Positions 22,204 through 33,428 of a stretch of DNA of 64,000 bases are shown here, piece after piece. The notes beneath the pieces are model-generated. The model ran no database searches. It saw nothing but the letters and a program-made list of their open reading frames with translations, and was not told where the DNA came from. Origin of the DNA: Mayamaea pseudoterrestris (Eukaryota); NCBI GenBank assembly GCA_027923505.1, contig BROI01000003.1:1488001-1552000 (forward strand), written 5' to 3'. The first letter of the stretch is position 1, and each line of letters begins with the position of its first letter. The translations under genes were made by a program, and so were the position numbers.

Positions 22204-23737
22204 CTATACAATTGCAGACTGCCCCATGCCAAACACATCAGAAATGTCCTTGTCAGTACACTCCGCCTGCGCATCAATTCCTCCTAGTGGATCACGAGAT
22301 ATATGAAGAGCCCAATTCGCATATACATTCGTCAGGGACGCTTGTTCAGGCTGTGGCGCCGACAGGATGGAATCGCGAGCGTGCTCATGAAAGACACCGA
22401 GGCGGGACATTAAATTTTGCGCAACATTGTCGTCGGTGTCATTGCGCTGTGTAGGCTTGACATTAACAGGCTTGGCATCCATCGCAAGCAAGCTATCATT
22501 TATATGATCATTATTCCAAGCGACAGAGTCCATGTCATGCAAAGATGACGACATGTCGCAAGGAAAGGGATCGAGCCCACACTGGCGATGATGCGAAAAG
22601 TCTTCGCTATTGTCCGTCACCTTTGGCGACGGACGACGCGAAACATGAAACTGTGGAAGGGGCAAACGATTTCTAGCAGCCAATGCAACATCCGATGGCT
22701 GGTGAAAGGTATAGGGACCTGGCAAAATCATTGGATGGTGGCCTTGCTCCAAAGTAGCCGGATGGAAGGGATTCCGGCGATAGAAATTGTCATTGACTGG
22801 AGAAACAAAGTTTGAATTGTCTAGCGAAGGCTTTCGATGGACCGTGCCCGGCGACGGCGGAAAAAAGGCTTCAAGGCAAAGTGGCGGCGATGGACAGCTC
22901 GGTTCTTCTGAAGTTAAACTGCTTCTGTAAGAAAGACTGCTTCGATTTGACTTGGTGGCGAATGATCCAGGGGAGCTTAAGAGTCTCGAGGACGGCGATG
23001 AAAGTGTAGGTGGCGGCGAACCATTGTCAAGCGGAGACCACAAGGATTCTCGCTTGACCCTCTTTAGGGGCGACGCAAACGTCGCGGAAAGCAATTTATC
23101 TGGCTTGAATCCCTTGTTAACGGCCCGCTTGGCCGAGTAATATCTGCGATAGAGCCGAATGATAGGTGAGAGAGTGTTTGCCGTTTCAACTTGGTTGGCA
23201 ATGATGCTAGCCACTTACACATGCAAAAGCCGAAACTCCGTATCTTCCTTGCCGTTCGTATTGTACATGGTCCAAAGCGCTCCACCCTTGTTATCCGAAT
23301 ATTCAGAACGACCTTTAGGGTAGCAGTATCGTTGTTGTATTGCCGTTGGCTGAGGAAACTGGGGCCCTGAAAGTGACCACGGGCAACTCTCAGGAGGGAT
23401 TTCGCCTTCTTTCCAGACAAGATGCTGCAAATGAGGCGGAGCTCGAGGCCCACTATGATCAACCGTTTTAGACTTTACGCGAGGCCGAAGCAGCACGTAG
23501 AGACCATCTGAGAGGTCAAAAAGTGTCGTGAGTCAAATTGTAGCAGCAGTCAAGCAGATGGTTGCTCATGTAGTTTGACGTACCGGGGAATTCATACGAA
23601 GGTGGCGAAAGTTTCAAGCCATTGCTTCCCACCGGAACAATTTGAAATGAAAGACGAAAAGGTGGAGGCTTCCCTTCGTGGAGGCACTCAAAAATGGATC
23701 TAACATCCTTATCTTCAAGACGGCGTATGGTCGCCAT
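22204..23737 (-). CDS. Hypothetical protein (3 exons), globular N-terminal domain and S/P-rich disordered tail; possible transcription factor
   Basis: ORFs 23516-23797, 23215-23496 and 22204-23214 join through GT-AG introns to give ...FRLLHVYYSAKRA.... Confidence 0.65.
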
Positions 23738-24218
23738 GCCAGATGAGTTGCGCCGTGATGCAGAGGGTGTGAGCGAGATGGTTGCGATGCCATCCAATCG
23801 AAATAATGACAGCGTGGATCTCCACAGTCACGATAAACAGCTTCCATGTGCCTATAGCGTGATGTGAGTGGACCGACGCACCCCTGACGAGCGTGGACTG
23901 GAAGGTATAGGTGCTTCATCATGTGTTACGTTTCTCCCGTCTCACTGTTTCAGCAGCTGCTAATCAATTGCCGTCGCAAATTCGCTTCTGATCAATCATT
24001 CGGTCGTTAGTCTCACATAACAGCATGTGATGGTCTTGCCTTGAGAATCTATATCGTAACTTCCGTAGTTCTATCTATTCGTCGTGCCATGGTCGTCAAC
24101 AAGTCGAGCGCGAACATCAAAATCGTTTGCACCCTTGTACCATTGCGACATCTCAAGGTCATCCATGCAATGCGCGGTCATCGTCACGACGCTAATCACA
24201 CTTCTCTATACCTTCACC

Positions 24219-25301
24219 ATGGCAATGCCCCGACTGCTTCTTGCACTACTTCTCTGGCTCCCATGTAGCGCTAGCGGCAAAAGAAACACTCTGTACGAGT
24301 CGGATAGAATGGAGGAATATGTCAAACAGAATTATACTTGGCCAATGCCTCGGGAATCGTTCATTCCACAAACGGATGGGTGGATCAACCTCATGCAGAA
24401 ACGATTCGAGCAGATTGAGCATATAGAAGATACAGATCAACGCTACATGGGATACCATCAAGCAGTGATATCTGCTTTCCTAGCTCCAAACTTTACGGAA
24501 TTTGGCTTTGGGCTCGCACGTTGTCCAGAGGACCTCCTCGCCAAGTTGCGACAAGGCATTCATGAGGGACTCGAAAAGAAGCAGGCATTTCCAGAACCTC
24601 AAGTGCAAGTGATTTTGGGCGAGCAGCCACCCTTATTGATACATCGACAGGATTTGATAAACCTCGTCCTGACTGAAATGCAGCCATTCGCAGAGGCCTG
24701 GAGCAACATGGAGCTGGTTCCTCATCAAGCCTACGGGTTCCGCTTGTATCGCGAAGGGAATCAGTTAATGATGCACACGGATAAAGCACAGACACATGTG
24801 ATCTCTTTCATCTTGCACATTGATAGTTCGGATGACGCAGAGCCATGGCCTATCTTGATTGAAGATTTCTTTGGGAATACGCACGAGGTCATTTTGACGC
24901 CAGGCGACGTCTTATTCTACGAATCTTCCAAGTGCAATCATGGTCGACCATATCGCTTTAAAGGAAGCTGGTACACCTCAGTCTTTGTTCATTATTATCC
25001 CGTCCATGACTGGAAGGAGATAGACCACGATCTTGAGGCTCATTACGCTATTCCGGAAGAATGGGCCGACGAACCTCACGGCGAGCCGATGCATGATCTG
25101 TTGGTTTGCGAAGGCATGTCCTTTAGAGAACCAAACTGTCTTCATGACTGGTGCGCCACTCAAAGTAGCTTCAAATGGAGCGGCCCTGGTGAAGACGGGT
25201 TTCTAATTCAGCCCAACATGGCCAAGGTCCCATTTGACCCACTGGGAATACATGGAGCCCCTGGTGACCGAGCGATAGTTGATAAAAGGGAAGAACTGTA
25301 G
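24219..25301 (+). CDS. ER-lumen 2OG-Fe(II) oxygenase-like protein
   Basis: Signal peptide, YGFRLY, HxD motif (MHTDK), distal His (NHGRP) and C-terminal REEL. Confidence 0.8.
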   Translation: MAMPRLLLALLLWLPCSASGKRNTLYESDRMEEYVKQNYTWPMPRESFIPQTDGWINLMQKRFEQIEHIEDTDQRYMGYHQAVISAFLAPNFTEFGFGLARCPEDLLAKLRQGIHEGLEKKQAFPEPQVQVILGEQPPLLIHRQDLINLVLTEMQPFAEAWSNMELVPHQAYGFRLYREGNQLMMHTDKAQTHVISFILHIDSSDDAEPWPILIEDFFGNTHEVILTPGDVLFYESSKCNHGRPYRFKGSWYTSVFVHYYPVHDWKEIDHDLEAHYAIPEEWADEPHGEPMHDLLVCEGMSFREPNCLHDWCATQSSFKWSGPGEDGFLIQPNMAKVPFDPLGIHGAPGDRAIVDKREEL

Positions 25302-25497
25302 CGTGCTAAAAAAACACTACTTTGAGATCATATATATTATCTAATTCACCATACGTACTTTTTTGGGTGCATCAACATATTTGACACGTGCGACGGTCAA
25401 TAGTGCGGAGGATTAGAGATTGACTAGCGTGACAGTGACATGGTTTAAAGGTAAAAGAAAGCTTCTACTGTAATTATTGCATTCTAAGTATTCCAGA

Positions 25498-26739
25498 TCA
25501 CAGCTCTTCGTGGTCTATCACCTGCGGATTAAACGGAAATTTCTCGCCATTGGGCGCGATCCAAAAGCCTTGCTCGCCCGGACCAGACCATTTGACCGAA
25601 TCAGCGACTCGACACCACTGGTGCTCGCATTCAGGTTCAATCATGCTTGTCCCTACCATCTCCAACCGATTATGTTTGCGAGGACGGGAAGGTGGGTCCG
25701 TCCACACAGGTGGCACGGCGTAGTGAGCCTCGAGCGCATGGTTCATGTCGTACCAACCTCCTTTCGGGTAATAATGGACAAAGACGCTACTATACCAGCT
25801 ACCATTCAGTCGCTTGGGGCGGCCATGCCAGCATTTGGATGACTCGTAAAATAACATGTCTCCTGGTGTGAGAATGACTTCATGGGTTCGGCCGTTGTAA
25901 TCTGACAATGAATCGCAAGCCATGTGAGTTACAGTGTAACATGTTTTGCAGCACAATTCCACACAGAACACCCAGTATCGTCCCAACGTACCTTCAATAA
26001 AGATGGGCCAGGGTTCTGCGTCGTCTGAGCTATCAATATGCAGAATAAACGAGATAATATGCGTCTGCATCTTGTCGACATGCATGGTCAATTGCGAATT
26101 ATTTTGGTAGAGCCGAAATCCGTATGCTCTGTAGGGAATTAATGGAACTCCGGACCATTCTTCTGCATAGTTTCTCAGCTCGTGCAGAACTCGCTCCGTC
26201 AGGTCGGGTCGATCGACGAAGAGAGGGCGATTTCCATTGATAACTTCCGTTTCGGTTTCGTATCGCGCAGTTGGGTATCCCTCACGAATGCCTTTGCGAA
26301 GAGCGGAAAGCAAGCCATCAGGACAGCGGGCAAGTCCAAAGCCGTGCTCTGTAAAATTGGGGACTGTTTTGCAGGAGAAATTGTCAGTTGAAGCGGGCTT
26401 CGCATCCTCGAACAATCACTACTTGATCTGCCCCATGAGCCACTCACCAAGAAACGCGGAATGCATCGTCTGAATATACCCCTCGTAGCGGTTTTCCTCC
26501 ATTTCACCAATTTGTGCGAATCGTTCCTCCATCAAAGCCTTCCATCCCGGAAGATCTGGCGAATAGTTGTTCAGCGGCCAAGTATAGTTTCGCCTGGCAT
26601 ATTCTTGACGTCGGTCGGGCTCATGGAGCTGGATTACCTGCCCATCTGGATTCGAAAGGTCGCCAGTTATACTCGTCTGACACCATGTCAACTTTGAGCA
26701 AAGAGCGACAAGAAGGAATAAGCATAGATGGCGCACCAT
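25498..26739 (-). CDS. ER-lumen 2OG-Fe(II) oxygenase-like protein, paralogue (2 introns)
   Basis: Signal peptide, MHVDK, ISFILHIDSSDDAEPWPI (identical to the neighbour), WHGRP and C-terminal HEEL. Confidence 0.8.
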
Positions 26740-27199
26740 AACGACAAGGTGTTGAGAGAGTGGAAGGCCCTTGCGAGTGGTCGTTCTGTAAGTTTGACCT
26801 GATGCTGGTACCTTCGCATTGATGCGCGGCTTTCATCGATGGTCATGCATGACCGGTCGAATACCGATGCGAACCCAAACTGGACTTATGACTGCGGTTG
26901 AGTCGTGCGAAACGTTTGACATTATTTCATTGGCAGTACACTTTGTTATACAGTGTCAAAACTTAAATCTTTGGACTACTCTTTGATTCCCAGTTCATAC
27001 TTTTGCACGACCGGCATAATTCCAGCCGTCCATCCGTTGTCATTTTCATCTGCCGCTTGACCATGACGGAACGGCGATACCATCACTCTTTGCTCCTCTG
27101 CTCCTCTGGATGAGCAATGTAAGCAAAGTGAAGCATGTAATCACGGGAGGCAAGTAGCATCATTCTGATATTTGGCAGTCAGGGCTACAAGTTTTAGTG

Positions 27200-28381
27200 A
27201 TGTCGCGACATTTAAACAAAAATGCCAATTCGTTCGCGAAGCAACATTCGCTTCCATGTTTACAGCTTATCTTTGTTTTGGGACTTGGCACCTTTACAAT
27301 AGCGTCGATTCTTTCTATTATTGTAGTTGGGAGACTCTTTGAATACAACGAACCAGAGAGCATGCTGCATGCCCACCCCCAGCTGCTCGCTGTTCGCAAG
27401 TTGGACCATGAAGAAATGTTTCGCAAAACTGTCAAAAGCTGCCTCCCTTCTAGGAAATCTAATTGCAAGACTTTTATTCCCGACATTAACGGCACAAAAA
27501 CACAGAGAGTAGCACTTATTTCTCCATCTGGCGGTGCCGCATCAAGTTTTTTTAATGAGCTAATACAACCGATGACTGACTCTTACAATCGCCGACGCGA
27601 CAAGGGTGGGCCAATAATTAACGCTTTTGTGCGGTTCGATGTCCCACCGTATGGGTACGGGAAGACGCATGGCTTGACAAAAATTATACGACTGGTTCCT
27701 CAGCCGTTAATGCTGGAAGTGACAGAGGCTCTTCAGAGTCTCTTGCCGCACGGCGACTCGTTCAAGCACGTTACTATGCAGGATACCAAGGCGATACTCC
27801 GTCAGATTTTACGCTTCCATTGTCGACTCTCTGCGGTAGCTGCTCATACAGCGCTTCTGTCTGTTGATTACCTGGATCTGACGGCAGATGCGGACGTAGA
27901 GCTTGAGAAGTTTTTGTTTGCTGATGATCTTTTAAACGGCAAAGTAAAAGACAAGAAGAGCTACAAACGAAAACGAGTATATACCGAAGCGAGCTTTTTG
28001 GTAAGATTGTGTTCACTGCTTTGCTATGACTTGCGTTTGCTCGACGATAATGTTGCGAATCCCATCTAACCCTTTACACGCAATATTTAGCAGTCGCAAT
28101 TCCTGACTCATCTACAATCCAAATCTTTACTCAACGTGTACGATGTCTTCGACCAAGTCCTCGTGGACGAACTAGCGGCTTCCAAGAATTTGACGATCTG
28201 GCCATGTCCATCCTTTTGGTCAGTAGGCGACGCACCAAACCCTTTTGACATTAGCCCGCTAGTGCAGCGTTTGGCCAAAGCGCTATCTCCAAACTGCAGT
28301 GAACCATTGGCTGACTGCTGGGTTGCGCGCGATAAATGTGAAGCCTCTGGCGATGGACCGTGCAAAAGCACCAAGGGGTGA
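27200..28381 (+). CDS. Type II membrane protein of unknown function (1 intron)
   Basis: N-terminal TM segment and a Cys-rich C-terminal exon. Paralogous to the next gene. Confidence 0.7.
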
Positions 28382-28752
28382 CGGTTTTGCCGCCGGATTT
28401 GCTAGATGTTAGGTCGCATTCAACATTAGGTATTGTTGATGTTCGAAATAAGCGTTGGCCCACTATTATATGTTGTTTTGACAAACAAACGGAGACTTGT
28501 TTCTATGGGCGACGGGGGGATGCGAGGTGCATGGTGACTGACAAAGATAGCTGCCGTCACACCGGTAATGACTCGGACGCCGACACAGACTCGCACCAAC
28601 TCGTCGCAAAGTCGACAGAAACACAGAAATCCCATCAAAGCACCAACTTCTTCGTCGGCATGTTCGGATAGATCCTACCACAATTAACGTTACATCATCC
28701 ATCTCTGATACACCCATGCATTCATTTTCACAAGCGTATAACCAGTAAAGTG

Positions 28753-29811
28753 ATGATATCACCAAATCGAAAGCAGCTGTTGGATCGCAGGGCTCTTCGC
28801 AACCGCAAAACGCTGAGCGTCGGACCGCCCATATTCTTGCTCGTGTTCGTTGGGAGCATTGGCCTGGTCTGGCTGTTGGCGTTGACCATGATATCCTTAT
28901 TCGACAATCAAAGTTTTAAATCTAAACAAGATCTCTATAGTGCATCACCTCACAGCTTTACAGACGCAGCGATTGACCTCTGGCCCAGCGATCGACAAAG
29001 CACAACATTACTTGACATGCTAGTTAGCTGCCTACCTGAACACGATAATGACGAAATTTGCCGGCAACGACGAATACCTGGGTCGACTATTCAACAGATT
29101 GCATTGGCCCGACCTCCTGGAAGGCTTGGCATAGTAATGCAACACTTTGTGAAACAAGTCATCGAGCGCCATTCTTTAACAGACGACGAGGTCAAACTGG
29201 TTCCGGTAACCCACGTTGAGCGTGATCACAAGTTTACAAAGATTGTTCGATTTGCAGTCCTGCCGATTCTATTAGAAGCTGTGGATTTGGCTTTGGAAAC
29301 GACCGACTCGTCATTTACCACGAAAGAAATTTCCATAAGCGACATTGAAGCTACTGTTCGACTCTTGATCCATTGGCACTGCCAACTCTCGGAGATTGCC
29401 AGTGACACGGCGTTTCTAACACTTTCCGCCAAGAAGGTGCTGTCGCGGCCAACTGAAAGTGTCAAGGAAATTGCAAATTTTGTGGGTTTTGGAGTTGAAA
29501 AGAAGGAAGATTGGATGACTGGAAAGGCCGTGGATGATCGTGCTGCCAAGGCACTCGACCGCATTGACGAATGCTCTGAATTTATTTCGAAACTGCAACA
29601 GCAAACACCAAAGCAGGATCTGCAAGCGTTGTTTAACAAAATCATACATGATACGATTGCTAAAGAAGAATGTGGAAACATGGAGATGGACGCCATGCTA
29701 CACAAGTCACGCGTGCCCCGCATCGCACGACACATGCTGGGGCCTGATTCGGATACGGTTTGTGACGAGTACCCGGCCATTGCCTATTGTACCAGTAAAT
29801 TGGTAATATAG
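28753..29811 (+). CDS. Type II membrane protein of unknown function, tandem paralogue
   Basis: N-terminal TM segment. Shares SCLP, TKI(I/V)R, P.(M/L)LE and HC.LS..A..TA.L with the previous gene. Confidence 0.7.
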   Translation: MISPNRKQLLDRRALRNRKTLSVGPPIFLLVFVGSIGLVWLLALTMISLFDNQSFKSKQDLYSASPHSFTDAAIDLWPSDRQSTTLLDMLVSCLPEHDNDEICRQRRIPGSTIQQIALARPPGRLGIVMQHFVKQVIERHSLTDDEVKLVPVTHVERDHKFTKIVRFAVLPILLEAVDLALETTDSSFTTKEISISDIEATVRLLIHWHCQLSEIASDTAFLTLSAKKVLSRPTESVKEIANFVGFGVEKKEDWMTGKAVDDRAAKALDRIDECSEFISKLQQQTPKQDLQALFNKIIHDTIAKEECGNMEMDAMLHKSRVPRIARHMLGPDSDTVCDEYPAIAYCTSKLVI

Positions 29812-29843
29812 AATTGATGCAAGTTATTTATACAACAACTGTG

Positions 29844-31298
29844 CTATATCTCAAACTGCCTGCTAGGTCGAGGACGGAGTCCGCAACTCTCCGCCATGTG
29901 CATTGACAAGATTTTCAACTCTTCAGATATACCCACGTTTTGAAAGGAAGCTGGATTGGTAGGATCTTTATCCAATTGCTCACCATTTCCATCGCCAAGG
30001 AGTTCATCAATAGACAAGTTGTCGCGCAAACGCGCGTCGTCATCAGTCCGTTCGTACGCGGCCACGCTGTGCGTCACCTCGCATGGTATTTCAAGACGGA
30101 GATTCTGGAAATCTCCTTCCTTCCCTGGCTGCTCCACCGATATATCCACCAAACAGCGAATTGATATTGCAACAACATCCGTTTTAATGGAACAAGGAGC
30201 ATCAAGAGGAAGCAGGAGCTCCAGTGTCACACGTTCAATGCATTTTGGATCAAAATACTCGTGCGCCGTGCTGAATAGGTAGGACCGGCTTCGCTTGCAG
30301 GATCCGTCTCGTCGAATCGCGATTTCCTCTCCTTGTAGACAGGCGCAGACTTGATGGCACGGTACCCAATCTTTCGTCAGAGGAAAGTCAAATGTGAGTT
30401 TCACTCGGCTTCCAGGGTGCATAACAGAAGCTCCCAAGAGTGTAAGAATGCAGACTGGTTCTCCCGAGGGATCAGCTACTCGCATGGTCTGAAGGTGCTT
30501 TGGATCATCTCGTCGAACATTGCTAAATTGTGAAGCACCGTGTTGATTGACAGTCAATGTACCACCCGGATGGTGAAGTTCGGCCGCTGTCACAAAGCAT
30601 GGCAAACCGGAGGAATGAACAACAGCTTGGCATGGCGCAAGACGAAACTTCCGAAGACTTGCCGAGTCATCGTCGGCAATGTGGTCAAAATCGGGATGCT
30701 TTGTCAACACCAAGAATGGTGTTTGTATCCACCGCGCATTCTTTTGTGACCGGAGAAGCAGCTTGATGACAACGGCGTAGTAATATCGACAAGAAGTCCC
30801 TTGCATGGAATGCGGCAGCGATACTGGAAGGTTCGCCTGGAATGTAAATGCTAACTGATGATCCTCCAAAGAAATCTCCTCTGCCACCGACACATTTGTC
30901 TCATCTCCCTCTTCCAGTAGAATAGGTTTTGGCTTGACGTCGTCCCAACGACCGACGGTTCGTTCCTGGTATTCCATAAGGTCAATCGGCTGTGTCGCCC
31001 AAAAACAGACGGAATTCTTATCATGATCCATTCCCCATATGAGTGATTTCTTTGCTACAAGCTGAGCATCCTGATATTCTTTAACATTGTGCCATCGCGG
31101 ATCGAGACGACAACGCCCCATGACGCAGAAATCTAACGATTTTATCAAATTTCGAGGAGGGATGATTGATGCATTGTTCGTATCGTCGCGCGTTACTCGA
31201 ACGCTACCGACCAGTGTTCCTCCTTGACGAAAGGCTGGCCGGGAAAAGACAACCTCCACTTGTAGATCTTGTTGGCTCATGTTCATCAAGGATGGCAT
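29844..31298 (-). CDS. RGP1-like arrestin-fold protein (Rab6 GEF partner)
   Basis: Beta-rich ORF with VMGRCRLDPRW and FQANLPVSLPHSMQGTSCRYYY. C-terminal LPLDAPCSIKTDVV. Confidence 0.6.
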   Translation of the reverse strand: MPSLMNMSQQDLQVEVVFSRPAFRQGGTLVGSVRVTRDDTNNASIIPPRNLIKSLDFCVMGRCRLDPRWHNVKEYQDAQLVAKKSLIWGMDHDKNSVCFWATQPIDLMEYQERTVGRWDDVKPKPILLEEGDETNVSVAEEISLEDHQLAFTFQANLPVSLPHSMQGTSCRYYYAVVIKLLLRSQKNARWIQTPFLVLTKHPDFDHIADDDSASLRKFRLAPCQAVVHSSGLPCFVTAAELHHPGGTLTVNQHGASQFSNVRRDDPKHLQTMRVADPSGEPVCILTLLGASVMHPGSRVKLTFDFPLTKDWVPCHQVCACLQGEEIAIRRDGSCKRSRSYLFSTAHEYFDPKCIERVTLELLLPLDAPCSIKTDVVAISIRCLVDISVEQPGKEGDFQNLRLEIPCEVTHSVAAYERTDDDARLRDNLSIDELLGDGNGEQLDKDPTNPASFQNVGISEELKILSMHMAESCGLRPRPSRQFEI

Positions 31299-31492
31299 CA
31301 AACTTTGGAATTTGGATCCTGCAACCTGCACCCCTCTCGCGTCGCTTGCGCTGCTCAATGTGCGGTTGTCGCTAGTGATCGTGAATGATGTCGCACAGGT
31401 ACTTGCGGCACGACTGACAATGATTTCAATCGACCCACCAGCTAACGTGCCGGTACCACTGCTAGTACTCTCTAGCAACAAGAAAGCTATCG

Positions 31493-33091
31493 CTATGTAC
31501 CTCTACCCTTTCGTGATCGCGTCCAGTGCATGATTCGCGCTTCGTCCTTCGGATTGTATAACACAATTGCGGATTGGATCCACTTGTTTCTTCCCGACTG
31601 ACGATTGAGCCAGCTCGTAAAGTACTCATCCCGCATGGGAAGAGCGACGGTGATTCGGCGTGGATCAATTTCATGGTATAGCATAGCTTCCATGCGAGGC
31701 TTTATCCGTTTGTCGAGCGAATAGCCAAGAAGAGTCGGAAGCTTGATAATAGCCTCACGCAGTAAAGCATTGTCGCCGCCAAAGGAATATCGAAGGTAAT
31801 CAATCTTCGGCTGCAGTGACTTTTCGAAGTTGTATCGCAACAGAGTGGGTTTGGTCACCAAGACGCGTTGCAATTCCTCTGGTGATAGTACAAAGGCTTG
31901 TCGTAACGAGTGCACCTTGCCTTCAAGGTTCGCCTGGCTGAGCGCAAAAATAGGTGGCCAGGCATTCACAACCCGCTTCAAGTCCAACCCAACAAGCCCA
32001 ATCTCATAGCGCAGATATCCAAGAATACGCTTGATTTTGCTCAAAGAGTACGAGATCACTCGCGGGAATTTGAGTATAAGGACTGAGAATTCATAAGCAC
32101 TCATGTCTAAATCCTGGATAAACTGGTTCGTTATCGGCAAAATGTGCAACTCTAAATCGTAGCCCAGGAACTCAGGATAGGCAAGGAGCAGCTTTTCAAC
32201 CTGCGAAGCACTCATACCAAGCATTGAGATGCAGTAAACAATGAGCTTGGGAACGAGATTGGCATCGAGACTGTACAAGAGAATACGCGGTTGCTTCTGT
32301 ACAATGCATCGGAGAACTGAGTCATCGGATATCATCAGGTCCAGCTTTAGAAATCGTAAATGAGGCATTAATCCCGAGATAACACCTGCTCGCAAAAGAT
32401 TTGGTTCCAAAAGAAAGAGTGATCTTGCTTCGGCCGTCGTAAATCCCATCACGTCGATAAAGAAATTTATCTTCGATTTCAAATTATCCTTCGAATAGCA
32501 CAAAACGGCGGGAACAGCACAAACAATGCTCCTCAGCTCCGACTTTCCCATGTCCAAAGCGCGCACCAAGAACAATATTGTTGTTGCTATATTCTTCTCC
32601 GCGCTCAAATGCAAAATGGTAGGCTGCTTGCCAATAATCAGCCTGATGTCTTCGTCTGACATGTCAAGACTAGTTTTTAGACAGTCGATCTTGTTGCGAA
32701 TTGTGGCAGCGGTCATACCCAGCGCCGATTCAGCTTCGTATGTGATTCTCCATAAAGTCTCGTCAGGTAGCTGCAATTCATCGCGAAGATAAAAGTACGA
32801 AACATTGGCAGCGAATGATTCCGAAAGCTGGTCGAGCGACAACCCATCGTAGACGGACTCTATTGTATTAGCCAACTCTTCATCCAGCAACCGTTCGTCA
32901 CTGATTGCATCTCCTTTATCGAAACTTGTGGCACTCTCTGATGCTTGATATAGTCTTGTAGTGCTCGAAGATTGACGCCGAAGATTCGGCGCATTGTGTA
33001 TATGAAGCGAGAAGGCGCTACAACAGGTTCCTTGGACACAAAGAACAAACACGTATATTGCCAAGTGCGCAACTGGTCGTAATCTGGTCAT
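31493..33091 (-). CDS. mTERF family protein, plastid-targeted
   Basis: Repeated P.(I/L)L.YSL...(L/I).PK motifs. Signal peptide ending CSA-F. Confidence 0.9.
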   Translation of the reverse strand: MTRLRPVAHLAIYVFVLCVQGTCCSAFSLHIHNAPNLRRQSSSTTRLYQASESATSFDKGDAISDERLLDEELANTIESVYDGLSLDQLSESFAANVSYFYLRDELQLPDETLWRITYEAESALGMTAATIRNKIDCLKTSLDMSDEDIRLIIGKQPTILHLSAEKNIATTILFLVRALDMGKSELRSIVCAVPAVLCYSKDNLKSKINFFIDVMGFTTAEARSLFLLEPNLLRAGVISGLMPHLRFLKLDLMISDDSVLRCIVQKQPRILLYSLDANLVPKLIVYCISMLGMSASQVEKLLLAYPEFLGYDLELHILPITNQFIQDLDMSAYEFSVLILKFPRVISYSLSKIKRILGYLRYEIGLVGLDLKRVVNAWPPIFALSQANLEGKVHSLRQAFVLSPEELQRVLVTKPTLLRYNFEKSLQPKIDYLRYSFGGDNALLREAIIKLPTLLGYSLDKRIKPRMEAMLYHEIDPRRITVALPMRDEYFTSWLNRQSGRNKWIQSAIVLYNPKDEARIMHWTRSRKGRGT

Positions 33092-33428
33092 GAGTAGCAG
33101 TCAAATCATCTCAAGTATGTCTACAACTCCAAAAGCAAAGCCACAGCCATTACTCATCTCGATCACGGACGAGACGAGCGACCAAGAAGGCACGTCATGA
33201 AAACTAATCGTGTCTGTGACGCCCAGTCTTTCTCAATGATGACTGCATTACTCTTTGATATATAGTAAATGAATGATTTCATTCACGCTTGGTATGACCC
33301 GAAGCCATTAATCCCTGTTTCTGCACTTGCGAAGCGCATGCAGATCCAGACGATTTGTATTGCTCACCTAGACAGCAACTACATGACCATTCGTCGACAT
33401 ACCGGTCGACTGAAGAAGCATTCAAATC

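Noticed and set aside
33236..33420. C-box ATGATGA suggesting a C/D snoRNA
   Set aside because: There is no suitably placed D box, terminal stem or recognisable rRNA complement.
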